NCBI GenBank assembly: GCA_016198685.1
Contig: JACQID010000007.1
Location: 1-64,000, forward strand
Direction of reading: 5' to 3'
From: Candidatus Aenigmatarchaeota archaeon
GTDB taxonomy: Archaea > Aenigmatarchaeota > Aenigmatarchaeia > GW2011-AR5
DNA length: 64,000 nt
The position numbers were made by a program, and so were the translations under genes. Positions 18,822 to 27,842 of this stretch are shown here, piece after piece. The notes below the pieces were generated by a model. The model did no database searches. It was given only the letters and a program-made list of their open reading frames with translations, and was not told the DNA's origin. Every line of letters starts with the position of its first letter. Position 1 is the stretch's first letter.

Positions 18822-19328
18822 ATGCCTGCCGAATCAATTTACCAATCTATACTCGATTTATTGAACAAGAGGGGCGTCGCCTATAGGGAAATCGAGCATG
18901 AAGCCGCCGGGAAGTCGAAAGAGGTGGCGATTGTGCGGGGGGATGATGAGGTTGGGATGGGAGGCAAGGCGCTGGTTGTGAAGGTCGGAGAGGATTTCAA
19001 GTTGTTTGTTCTTAGCAGCGTTCTGAAATTCGATTCTAGTGCGGTGATGAAATACTTTCACGTGAAGAAGTGCAGGTTTGCAACTCATGATGAAGTCAAG
19101 GCGCTTACAACGCTTGTTGTCGGGACAATACCGCCGTTTGGGCGGCCGATATTGCCGCTTGATGTATATGCAGACCCGTCAATCATAGGCAAGAAAAATA
19201 TCGGATTCAATGCGGCTTCCCTGACGCATTCCATTGTGATGTCAACTGCGGATTGGCTCAAGGTCGCGAATCCTGTGGTGTTCAAGTTCGCGCGGGATGA
19301 TCTCGAGAGCTACAGTTCCTTGAGATAA
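18822..19328 (+). CDS. YbaK/ProX aminoacyl-tRNA deacylase
   Basis: KALVVK, GTIPPFG, GFNAASLTHSIVM. Confidence 0.85.
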   Translation: MPAESIYQSILDLLNKRGVAYREIEHEAAGKSKEVAIVRGDDEVGMGGKALVVKVGEDFKLFVLSSVLKFDSSAVMKYFHVKKCRFATHDEVKALTTLVVGTIPPFGRPILPLDVYADPSIIGKKNIGFNAASLTHSIVMSTADWLKVANPVVFKFARDDLESYSSLR

Positions 19329-19834
19329 TGAAATGGGTCTTGTGTATTGTGTCTGGTTTCTCTCTCTGGAAGCTGGCCGGGAGGCTGGAAAATTCCAAGA
19401 CAGGGTTCTGGGATAAAGATTACTGTTGTCATGCCATTAGGGAATGTGGGATTCGCCATATAGTAACGCCTTACATTGCCCGCATCATCCGTTGCTACAT
19501 AGTTAAAAGGCGGGACACGGCTGACATCGTTGAAAAACTTATTTTCTACCGACAGGCGATTTGTTTCTGCTTCACTTTCTCTTGGCGAGACTTCAAAAAT
19601 GTCTACTGGTCTTCCTTCTGATACATCTTTTAGTCTGAATTTTTCACCTATTTTTAGCGGTGCATAAGTGAAGACCGATTGGCAATATCTCTGTAGATTC
19701 GTAGGGTCTATGGCATCCAAAACCCTTGGAGACGGAGTGCACGCTATTATTGCTGCAGCAAGTGGCATGAATGCATATCTGAGAAAACTTTGTGTCTTGG
19801 ATGCGTAGTGTCCATCCATGAAAGAACTAGTCAT
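19310..19834 (-). CDS. Hypothetical exported or lipoprotein, paralog of 10997..11461
   Basis: LAAAIIAC segment; shared motif; start uncertain. Confidence 0.5.
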   Translation of the reverse strand: MTSSFMDGHYASKTQSFLRYAFMPLAAAIIACTPSPRVLDAIDPTNLQRYCQSVFTYAPLKIGEKFRLKDVSEGRPVDIFEVSPRESEAETNRLSVENKFFNDVSRVPPFNYVATDDAGNVRRYYMANPTFPNGMTTVIFIPEPCLGIFQPPGQLPERETRHNTQDPFHYLKEL

Positions 19835-19958
19835 CCGAAAGTTAAATATGCTCGGGATGAATGTAACTTTTTCTTCGGCTCTTTAAACAAACCATCTGGG
19901 TATTCCGTCATAAAGAACTTTGGCCATTTTCATAAACAATCATAAAATTCCTAAAATA

Positions 19959-20471
19959 TCATTTTCTGACGTAATGAGCCTGCACAAGCCCTGATGGGAA
20001 GTGCTTGACGTCTTTGACAGCGAGCGCTTGTTCTTTGAATCCTGCCTGGAAGAGAGGAATACCGGATCCAAGAAGAGTTGGGACTATTGTGATTATGAAA
20101 TCGTCAATGAGGTTGTGCTTCATGAATTCGGCTATGATGGACGAGCCGCCGACGAGCCAGATATTTCCGGCTTTGGGCTTCAGGAATTCCATGAAATCCT
20201 TGGCGTTGCCGGAGACAAAAATTATATTGCCCTCATTGGGCTTCTTCTCATGAGTGAAGACATAGCAATCCACGTTCTTGTACGGGAATTCTGGAAATCC
20301 TAATGCTTGGTCATATGTAGTTTTTCCCAGTATGACAGCGCCTATATCTCTATAGAAATCCTGATAGCCGTATTCTTCCTCATCATACCCTTCGAGCCAA
20401 TCGATGGCGCCGTCTTTCCTTGCGATATAGCCGTCAAGGCTCATGGCGATGTAGAGAATCAATCGCGGCAT
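19959..20471 (-). CDS. Dihydrofolate reductase/RibD C-terminal family protein
   Basis: AMSLDGYIA, LGKTTY, IWLVGGS, PTLLGSGIPLF; start MPRLIL. Confidence 0.88.
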   Translation of the reverse strand: MPRLILYIAMSLDGYIARKDGAIDWLEGYDEEEYGYQDFYRDIGAVILGKTTYDQALGFPEFPYKNVDCYVFTHEKKPNEGNIIFVSGNAKDFMEFLKPKAGNIWLVGGSSIIAEFMKHNLIDDFIITIVPTLLGSGIPLFQAGFKEQALAVKDVKHFPSGLVQAHYVRK

Positions 20472-20784
20472 GATTATATACTGAATGAAAACTAGAAAAA
20501 CGTGATGCATGCGAAGGAACTCACTTCTTCGCATCTTTGGCGGGCTGCGGAGTTCTTAGCGCAAGAATTGATGCGAAGAATGCGTTATGTAGGCATTTTG
20601 CCTATGTCACGGGGGCTGCGCAAGATACCGACATGCCTGAAATAATGATCGAAGGAGCAATGTATCTTGGCGAAAGACCGGATGATGATAGGGAGAATAA
20701 TGCTTTCACGTCTTTAGTCTGGTTCTATTTATATAACGTCTGAAATGCATATGCGTTGGATGAAACTATATTGTTTCTCTTTGT

Positions 20785-21057
20785 TCAGTGTCTTGAGCGC
20801 CTGAGCATGCTTTTCCGTGATCTGGCTTTCACGATTGTTTCATATTCAGGAGCGAAAAGCTCGGCGTATAGGAGTGCGTTTACTAAATCCATGTTGCTAG
20901 GATCAGGTGTTACGTTCACAGTACCGTATTGGATGCACGCATGTTTGCCGTTCACGGATACCGTGTAATCGAAGGAAAAAACGATCGGGCATCTAAGGCC
21001 TCCAATTGCCATGTTGCAAAGTATATCGTTATGCCCGCTGTAAAATTTCATAGCCAA
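20785..21057 (-). CDS. Hypothetical protein
   Basis: 90-aa ORF with an upstream TATA-like sequence. Confidence 0.35.
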   Translation of the reverse strand: MAMKFYSGHNDILCNMAIGGLRCPIVFSFDYTVSVNGKHACIQYGTVNVTPDPSNMDLVNALLYAELFAPEYETIVKARSRKSMLRRSRH

Positions 21058-21221
21058 TATTTTCAGAAGCGCTTAAAAAGTTGATGAGACAGTGCCATCT
21101 TGGCGATATTTACAAAAGTTCAGTTTACAGCGTTGGTTTTCTGTATTTCATTGCATCTAGATGGCATCGTGGTAATTATAGCAGCTTTATTGTCATCTGG
21201 GATAAGATAAAAAAATTCGTA

Positions 21222-21354
21222 TAGCGGGAGTAGGATTTGAACCTACGACCTCTACCCGGCAAAACCTTCCGGTTCTGCTTTTGGGTGTCCTAGGCAACCT
21301 ATGGGCCTTTCACGCTTAAAGCACAATGAGCACTCCAGGCTGCTCTATCCCGCT
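21222..21354 (-). tRNA. Initiator tRNA-Met(CAT) with three introns (29/30, 37/38, 43/44)
   Basis: A1-U72 acceptor AGCGGGA/TCCCGCT; removing 21308-21323, 21287-21299 and 21252-21280 gives a 75-nt cloverleaf with three G-C anticodon-stem pairs. Confidence 0.85.
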
Positions 21355-21404
21355 GAACCTTCTTTCTTGCATATTCTTAAATAGATACATTTATTTTGCA
21401 TTGA

Positions 21405-21812
21405 ATGCTGCAGCATGACAAGCGGGTTAACTATCTTTCAGGTAACTGCCATGAACTTATGCCTTATTTTGAGCGTCAATTTGGAGTCTGCAGTATAATG
21501 CAAAGTAACCCGGAATACAAATTTACCAACAGTGACGGGACTGTCGCATTAGGAGTCACCGTTCCTGACGTGATGTTATGGGTCAATCTTGATGACGGGC
21601 GCAGCCTTTGCGTGCCTGTTGAAGTCAAAAATTGTGGAGAATTTGAAGCCATAAGGGGCAAAGCTGCGAGGCAGGCAGCGAGCCTTTATAAGTATCTGGA
21701 TAGGCATCCGGAGCTCAAGATGGACGTGCCCGGCATTTTTGTGGCACATGGAGGCACGATGAATGGAAGAAAATGGCAGAATTACAAAGTCGAATTCATG
21801 GAAAGATATTGA
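21405..21812 (+). CDS. Small PD-(D/E)XK nuclease-like protein
   Basis: VPDVMLW...VPVEVKN. Confidence 0.5.
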   Translation: MLQHDKRVNYLSGNCHELMPYFERQFGVCSIMQSNPEYKFTNSDGTVALGVTVPDVMLWVNLDDGRSLCVPVEVKNCGEFEAIRGKAARQAASLYKYLDRHPELKMDVPGIFVAHGGTMNGRKWQNYKVEFMERY

Positions 21813-21863
21813 CACCTTCCAAGAATATAAAATTTCAGTATAATACCTAGCAGGTTTGCAAAC

Positions 21864-22259
21864 ATGTCCGTGCATAGGGAATTGCAGGATTATTTCTCGA
21901 AAGGCCCTCCAGTACTGAAAGAATATCTCTCGGGAATAATCGGGGATCATGAGATAATGGATGCACAGACAGAAGTGCCTCTGCTATACGGCGGGCACTT
22001 CTCCTCCAATAGGATGGCAAGCGTTGACGTTCTATATTTTGTCGCATCCGGCGGAATGAAGCTTATGATCCCTGGCGAAATAAAAGAAAATCCGAGATAT
22101 GCGACCAAGGGGATACGGCAGATATGGGCTGCTTGCATAGGACTCTCATCTTCCTTTGCAAAAGATTACGAGATACCTTTTGGCATAGTCATAAGCGGCT
22201 CAATAGAGGACCCACACATAATTTCAAGGGACTTCCGAGGCAAGACAAGAAATTTCTGA
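21864..22259 (+). CDS. Small PD-(D/E)XK nuclease-like protein
   Basis: VDVLYFV...IPGEIKE...GIRQI. Confidence 0.5.
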   Translation: MSVHRELQDYFSKGPPVLKEYLSGIIGDHEIMDAQTEVPLLYGGHFSSNRMASVDVLYFVASGGMKLMIPGEIKENPRYATKGIRQIWAACIGLSSSFAKDYEIPFGIVISGSIEDPHIISRDFRGKTRNF

Positions 22260-22301
22260 TAACAATTTATCCTGCGGCGTAGTTATATCAACAAGAAGTC
22301 T

Positions 22302-22937
22302 ATGAAAGTTCTCGGAATAGATGAAGCAGGCCGCGGTCCGGTGATAGGGCCCATGGTCATGTGCGGATACCTTATCGAGGAAGAGCGGCTTGCGCAATTG
22401 CGCGAGCTTGGCGTGAGGGATTCAAAGATTCTTTCTGCCGCGAAGAGGGAATCATTGGTTCCTGCCCTCAAGGAGCTTTGTTTTGACTATATTATACTAA
22501 AAATTCCCTGTGATGAGATAGATTCATGCGGAAACCTTAATCATCTGGAGATAGACAAAATGCGCCAGATGATAAAGGCGCTAAACCCCGGAAAAATCGT
22601 GGTCGACTGCCCGGAAACAAATACGAAGAAATTCGCGCAGAAGGTCATGGGCGGGCTTCTGATGGATGCGGAGATAGTATGCGAGAATTACGCGGACGCA
22701 AATTATGTTGAAGTGTCTGCTGCATCTGTGCTTGCAAAGAGTGCAAGGGAAGAGGAAATAGCGAAACTGCATAAGGAATATGGGTATTTCGGCACGGGCT
22801 ACACGTCAGATGAGAGAACTATAGCCTTTTTAAAAGATTGGCTGAAAAGGAATAAAGAGCTGCCGGAGATGGTGAGGAAATCATGGACAACGTCGAAAAT
22901 GCTGCTGGCGGAAAGCAGGCAGGCAAAGCTATGGTAA
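22302..22937 (+). CDS. rnhB: Ribonuclease HII
   Basis: GIDEAGRGPVIGP, DSK, AASVLAK, GTGYTSD. Confidence 0.95.
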   Translation: MKVLGIDEAGRGPVIGPMVMCGYLIEEERLAQLRELGVRDSKILSAAKRESLVPALKELCFDYIILKIPCDEIDSCGNLNHLEIDKMRQMIKALNPGKIVVDCPETNTKKFAQKVMGGLLMDAEIVCENYADANYVEVSAASVLAKSAREEEIAKLHKEYGYFGTGYTSDERTIAFLKDWLKRNKELPEMVRKSWTTSKMLLAESRQAKLW

Positions 22938-23185
22938 TGGACAAAAGTCTGCAGTCCACTTTTGCTTATGCAACAACAGGCGTTGCTGCAGGCATAGTTT
23001 CCGCAATGACAACAGTTCCGCTTCACGGGCTCGGTGTTGGGTTAATAATGCTTGGCCTGACAAGCGCTGCTCTGATGTTTTTGTTCAAGCCGGAAAACTA
23101 CAAATGGCTTCTTGGCAACGGCGTATTCATTTTCCTTGCAACATGGTACGCAACATTCACGGTATTCTTCAACATAGGTGTATAG
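22937..23185 (+). CDS. Small 3-TM membrane protein
   Basis: ATG overlaps the rnhB stop; three hydrophobic segments. Confidence 0.65.
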   Translation: MDKSLQSTFAYATTGVAAGIVSAMTTVPLHGLGVGLIMLGLTSAALMFLFKPENYKWLLGNGVFIFLATWYATFTVFFNIGV

Positions 23186-23186
23186 T

Positions 23187-24473
23187 ATGCTGAGAACTCA
23201 TTATTTCTCTGAAATAAAAAAAGATCTTGACGGCAAGGAAGTTACTATTGCAGGATGGGCAAGAAACATACGTGACACAGGCAAAATAAAGTTTCTTATA
23301 GTGGCCGACAGGACAGGCGAAACACAGGTCTTGGGAAAAGTGGGCGAGACAGACGATAAAGTCCTTGAAGATATGCGGAAAATCGACAAGGAAGACGTTG
23401 TTTCTATCCGCGGTACTGTGCGCATAAACGAAAAAGCGCCAGGCGGAAAAGAAATAATCCCCCTTTCAGTAACTGTTCTCAATAAAGCAGAAAAGCCGCT
23501 GCCGCTTGACCTGAACGTGAAATCGAACCTGGATACAAGATTGAACTACAGGTATCTTGACCTGCGAAGGCCCGAAGTTCGTGCAATATTCCGCGTAAGG
23601 GACGTGATACAGCGCAGCTTCGTGCGGTATCTGGAAGAGAACGGCTTCATATTAGTCAACACGCCCTCTATAGTTGCGGCAGCGACCGAAGGAGGAACCA
23701 ATCTGTTCCCCATATCATATTTTGATACAGAGGCGTTTCTTGTCCAGAGCCCGCAGCTCTACAAGCAAATATTGATGGCATCTGGTCTGGACAAGGTCAT
23801 AATACAGTGTCCGGTATTCCGCGCAGAAGAGCATGATACGTCCTTCCATCTCAATGAATCCATGCAGATGGATATAGAGATGGCATTTATCAATAGCGAA
23901 CCTGAAGTTTTGCATCATCTTGCAGGCGTAATAAAATACATCTACTCAAGGCTTGCCATGGAATGCGCAGAAGAAATGAAGATTCTGGGGAGAGACACAA
24001 CAGTTCCGAAAGAAATAAAACAGATTACTTATGATGAAGCCCGTGATATAGTGAACCAGGAATCAGAGCTCAAATGGGGCGATGACTTCACGCCTGAAAT
24101 GCAGAGGATAATAAACAAGAAATACAATCCTGCGATAGTCACAAAATGGCCTACTGATCTTCGGGCATTCTATTCCATGCCTGAACCTGGGAATGAAAAA
24201 ATATGCCGGGCATATGATCTTCTCATTGACGGAGTTGAAATATCATCTGGCGCCCAGAGAATACACAAGCATGACGAACTTGTTAAAGAGATGAAGAGGC
24301 GCGGAATGAACCCCGATAATTTTGAATTTTATCTCAACGCCTTCAGGCATGGTATGCCTCCGCACGGCGGATGGAGTATCGGCCTTGACAGGCTCACGAT
24401 GGTAATCACTGGAATGAAGAACGTTCGCGAGTGCGTTCTCTTCCCACGCGACAGGAAGAGACTCACGCCTTGA
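23187..24473 (+). CDS. aspS: Aspartyl-tRNA synthetase, archaeal and likely non-discriminating
   Basis: OB-fold RDTGK, LNYRYLDLR, QSPQLYKQ, FRAE, PPHGGWSIGLDR. Confidence 0.95.
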   Translation: MLRTHYFSEIKKDLDGKEVTIAGWARNIRDTGKIKFLIVADRTGETQVLGKVGETDDKVLEDMRKIDKEDVVSIRGTVRINEKAPGGKEIIPLSVTVLNKAEKPLPLDLNVKSNLDTRLNYRYLDLRRPEVRAIFRVRDVIQRSFVRYLEENGFILVNTPSIVAAATEGGTNLFPISYFDTEAFLVQSPQLYKQILMASGLDKVIIQCPVFRAEEHDTSFHLNESMQMDIEMAFINSEPEVLHHLAGVIKYIYSRLAMECAEEMKILGRDTTVPKEIKQITYDEARDIVNQESELKWGDDFTPEMQRIINKKYNPAIVTKWPTDLRAFYSMPEPGNEKICRAYDLLIDGVEISSGAQRIHKHDELVKEMKRRGMNPDNFEFYLNAFRHGMPPHGGWSIGLDRLTMVITGMKNVRECVLFPRDRKRLTP

Positions 24474-24527
24474 GCAGTAATTCTTGTAAGGAAAAAATTA
24501 ATTGAAAAAATAGAATCAAATGCTAGG

Positions 24528-24743
24528 CTAGCCTTGTCTCTTTTCTATGAGAAGCAATACTATGCCAAGCGCTATAGCGACCATTCCCCCGTACCACCAA
24601 TAGTTAAAGAATAGCGACAGGGAAAGGCCCACGCCCAACAGCAGACCGGATGCGAAGAGGAGAAGCTTTTCCTCGTCGTGGCTTGTGAGCACGAAATTGC
24701 TCTTCTTCTTGCTCCTTACTGCTTTTCTTGATTTTCTTGCCAT
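24528..24743 (-). CDS. Small membrane protein with basic N-terminus
   Basis: K/R-rich start followed by two TM helices. Confidence 0.6.
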   Translation of the reverse strand: MARKSRKAVRSKKKSNFVLTSHDEEKLLLFASGLLLGVGLSLSLFFNYWWYGGMVAIALGIVLLLIEKRQG

Positions 24744-24829
24744 GTTGTCACTTTAGACTATTTGGGGGCGGTGACTATATAAACCTTCGATATGCCCTAA
24801 GAATTAATATATATAATCCTATTTTTGTC

Positions 24830-25339
24830 ATGCGAAGACCGGTTTCAGAGCCTTTGTATAATACGAAACGGCATTTTTTTGATAATGTTTATACAGGCCC
24901 GAAGCAATTGACAACACAAGAGTTAGATTATTTATCTAGATTGAAGGAAGATATCGCAGAATTGGAATTAAAAGGAGTTTCTTTAAGCCGGGAATTGTTC
25001 CCTGGCGTAGAAATCCATTTCCCTTTTGGTATTGCAGCCGGAGCGGCATACCGCGGTGAATCGGCGGTTGACGTGGCAGGGAATCCGAAGCCATACAGCA
25101 AGAGACATCTGATGGAGACCGGCGCCTATTTTTTGGAATATAACGCCTTGGTGGATCCTAATTGTATCGTAAGAGGAGTCAATGCATACAATGATCAACA
25201 CCATAATAATATGCAGTTAGTACCGCGAGTCAGTGGCGATAAGCTCTACGGGTTTGCAGTGATACCGCTACGCATAGGCGTGGGATACACGGGCATGGAT
25301 AGGGATATTACAAAAATTGCAGATGACTGCAAACCGTAA
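24830..25339 (+). CDS. Hypothetical protein
   Basis: ORF after an AT-rich promoter; start reset to MRRPV. Confidence 0.5.
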   Translation: MRRPVSEPLYNTKRHFFDNVYTGPKQLTTQELDYLSRLKEDIAELELKGVSLSRELFPGVEIHFPFGIAAGAAYRGESAVDVAGNPKPYSKRHLMETGAYFLEYNALVDPNCIVRGVNAYNDQHHNNMQLVPRVSGDKLYGFAVIPLRIGVGYTGMDRDITKIADDCKP

Positions 25340-25397
25340 TAGTGCTTATTCTGGATTTGTAGAAAAATTGTGGCTTAGAAGATGATAGCAGTTGGCA

Positions 25398-25787
25398 TTA
25401 CTTCTTGCTCTTGATCATCATGTAATTGCCGTATCTCCAGACAAGGACTTCATCGCCTTCCTTGACCTGGCCCTTGAGCTCATCCGGCAGGAGAACTTCG
25501 TTAGTAGAATAGTCTTCAAGATCCATAACCTGCGCGTTCGGGCCGATGAAGCTCAGTATCTGGCAGTTCCTTTTTTCAATCATCGGAACGTCAATTCTTG
25601 CGTCAGCAGGCTGAACTATGATCTTTTTTTGTTGGGCGAAAACGCCGGATGCCGTAAGCTTCGCTTTAGCCGAGCCATGCTTGCCGGGTTTGGATATCTG
25701 GACGCTATCCACCTTGTAAGGAACATCGTCTATAAGAACGAAGCTGCCTGGTTTCTGCGCTTTTACTGTGCTGGGTTTCTTCTCCAT
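25398..25787 (-). CDS. eif5a: Translation factor aIF5A
   Basis: SKPGKHGSAK hypusine motif. Confidence 0.95.
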   Translation of the reverse strand: MEKKPSTVKAQKPGSFVLIDDVPYKVDSVQISKPGKHGSAKAKLTASGVFAQQKKIIVQPADARIDVPMIEKRNCQILSFIGPNAQVMDLEDYSTNEVLLPDELKGQVKEGDEVLVWRYGNYMMIKSKK

Positions 25788-25897
25788 TCAAAACACTTTG
25801 ATAAGTTATTTCCTCAACTTTAAATATGCAGTGAGTTTGCATTCCCGTGCATAGAATATAAGAATAAGGAAACGGAAAAGAAAAAACTAAATTGTTT

Positions 25898-26317
25898 TTA
25901 TGCCGATGGGCATGCCCCAGTTACCGTGTTTCCTGGCGCGGATACAGTTATAGCGGCCAAAGCCGTGCAGTCATTTCCTGCCGTCGTTCCAATTACGCAT
26001 GTAGCAGTCTGACCTGGGCTAATGGACCCTGATAAAGGCGGGTTGCATGTCACAGGACTGCCAGCCAATAGGAATGACAATTTAGTTGTGTCAATGTCCT
26101 TTGTTCCGGCGTTCTTGACAGTTATGGAGTCAACAGATGATGTTACGAATTCTATAATTTGCTGGACTCTGTCGCCTGTCTGCTGTGATGCGTCTTGTGC
26201 CTGTTGTCCGCTTGTTGTCACGATTGACTGGAAGAAACCTGTTGCGAATCCAATAACTGCAATCGTTATGAGTAACAGTAGTATGATTGCAATTACCGGC
26301 GTTATACCTTTCTTCAC
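25898..26317 (-). CDS. Type IV pilin-like protein (class III signal peptide)
   Basis: KKG/ITPVIAIILLLLITIAVIG; VKNAG. Confidence 0.85.
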   Translation of the reverse strand: MKKGITPVIAIILLLLITIAVIGFATGFFQSIVTTSGQQAQDASQQTGDRVQQIIEFVTSSVDSITVKNAGTKDIDTTKLSFLLAGSPVTCNPPLSGSISPGQTATCVIGTTAGNDCTALAAITVSAPGNTVTGACPSA

Positions 26318-26396
26318 TCAATCACCTGAGTAACTATGCGATAGCCGATATAAAAAGATTTTTTGCGAAAAACCGGAAACTCTATCTCTGATATAA

Positions 26397-26849
26397 TCAC
26401 TCTGCAGGACACGTCTTGCCTGTTATACTGTTGCCTGGCGCGGTGATGGTTATAGATTTGCCTAAATTGGCGCCATCGCAGACGCCAGTCAGGCTGCAGG
26501 TTACAAGCTCGCCAGACGCGGCTTCGGTAGGAGTAGCGCTGCCTGCAATTAATATATTATCAGAAGTGGTTCCGCCGCATGCATCAACAGGCGCTCCTCC
26601 GACAAGGAACGTGATGTCATCTTTGAGTATGTTCTCGGCGCCTGAATTCTTGACGTTTATGGCATCCTTAGATGCAACTACGAATTCTATAACCTGAAGG
26701 ACTCTTGATCCTGTCTTCTCTGAACCCGTTACTGCCTGCTCTCCTGTTGTTGTTACGATGGTCTGGAAGAAGCCGGTTGCAAATGCTATCACGGCAATAC
26801 TGATCAACAGAAGCAGAATCACTGCAATGACAGGCGTTATACCTTTCAT
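26397..26849 (-). CDS. Type IV pilin-like protein, paralog of 25898..26317
   Basis: KG/ITPVIAVILLLLISIAVIA; VKNSG. Confidence 0.85.
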   Translation of the reverse strand: MKGITPVIAVILLLLISIAVIAFATGFFQTIVTTTGEQAVTGSEKTGSRVLQVIEFVVASKDAINVKNSGAENILKDDITFLVGGAPVDACGGTTSDNILIAGSATPTEAASGELVTCSLTGVCDGANLGKSITITAPGNSITGKTCPAE

Positions 26850-26881
26850 AGTGGATGTATGATGATGCCACCATAAAAAGC

Positions 26882-27502
26882 TTATCTGAGAAGGAATAGG
26901 GCCAGTAGATAAATCACAAATGCGGAGAAAGCGATGACAAGCAAGGATTTCTTTATTCCCTGGTAATGGAATGCATAAGCTAAGCCTACAAACATGCCGC
27001 CGAAATGAGCAACATAGGAAATATTGCTTGCATTGTCAAAGAAGAAGCCGTAAATGTTATACAAAACATATCCTGCGCCAAGAAGAGCGAGAGGCACAGG
27101 CACAAAATAGGGATAGAATGATATGTCCATCGGCCGTAGCAGCATGCCGGCACCGACTAGAGCGAAAACGCCGGCCGAAGCGCCGATTGACAATTCAGCC
27201 GGTCCGTAATAGAGAAGCGCAAACATACCGCCGGCGAGTCCTCCGGCAAAGAGGAGAAGGAGCATCCTTGATTTGCCTATTTCATTTTCGACCGCAAGGC
27301 CGAAGAAGAACAATGCGAATATGTTTGATACAAGATGCGCAAGATCGCCGTGAAGGAATATTGATGTGAGGATAACATAGGGCCGTTCTGCAAAATTCTC
27401 GCCTGACAAGCCGTAATATCTTACGATTTCAGGAAGATCAGGGAATGTTATGAGAAATACGGCAATCAGTATTGCGATAAGAATCAGCGTGGCTTTCATC
27501 AC
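26882..27502 (-). CDS. Rhomboid intramembrane protease
   Basis: FLHGDLAHLVSN, GASAG, AHFGG. Confidence 0.9.
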   Translation of the reverse strand: MMKATLILIAILIAVFLITFPDLPEIVRYYGLSGENFAERPYVILTSIFLHGDLAHLVSNIFALFFFGLAVENEIGKSRMLLLLFAGGLAGGMFALLYYGPAELSIGASAGVFALVGAGMLLRPMDISFYPYFVPVPLALLGAGYVLYNIYGFFFDNASNISYVAHFGGMFVGLAYAFHYQGIKKSLLVIAFSAFVIYLLALFLLR

Positions 27503-27552
27503 ATAACTAACGTTTCAATGCATTTAATCATGAGAGAGAAAATGTAGGTTAA

Positions 27553-27591
27553 TTCACCGTGAAACTTCACGAATTTCACGTGAAAATGTGA
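27553..27591. promoter_or_regulatory. TTCAC/GTGAA palindrome cluster
   Basis: TTCACCGTGAA and perfect TTTCACGTGAAA (27574-27585) plus extra half-sites. Confidence 0.4.
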
Positions 27592-27646
27592 AATATATTA
27601 TGGATTATAGAAAAGGCTTAAAGTAAGGAAAGAGAAGAAATATTAG

Positions 27647-27755
27647 TTTACACGTCTGGACAACGTGTAAAAATATTCGCGATCTGGACAATCGCAAGGG
27701 ACTTGGACTGGACTTAGACACCGTTTAAGTGTGCAATTGATGGAAACAGTTGGAC
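27647..27755 (+). promoter_or_regulatory. Structured ftsZ leader: two hairpins with identical CTGGACA loops and six GGAC motifs
   Basis: TTTACACGT-CTGGACA-ACGTGTAAA and GCGAT-CTGGACA-ATCGC; starts just downstream of a TTAAAG TATA-like box. Confidence 0.5.
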
Positions 27756-27842
27756 TCTGCTTCTAAGAGGAATATATCAAACCTAGATATTAAAACAATT
27801 TGATATTCCAAAATATATTTCGAAGAATAGAGGGGGTATGTT

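Noticed and set aside
16262-18830. CRISPR array or Cas12f/Cas14 locus near cas1
   Set aside because: No regularly spaced repeats, cas2, cas4 or effector gene were seen; Cas1 has a casposase-type tail and is truncated.
18620-18830. Right TIR or second copy of the target duplication
   Set aside because: Neither TATATACCCC nor ACCCATACTCAATTG was found by eye here or elsewhere, so the element's right boundary is unsupported.
24830-25339. YbjQ/UPF0145-like similarity (IVRGV...YGFAV)
   Set aside because: Only two short motifs; not enough to assign the family.
27720-27842. cdrS-type small regulator upstream of ftsZ
   Set aside because: The only candidate start (METVGLCF) stops after 8 codons.
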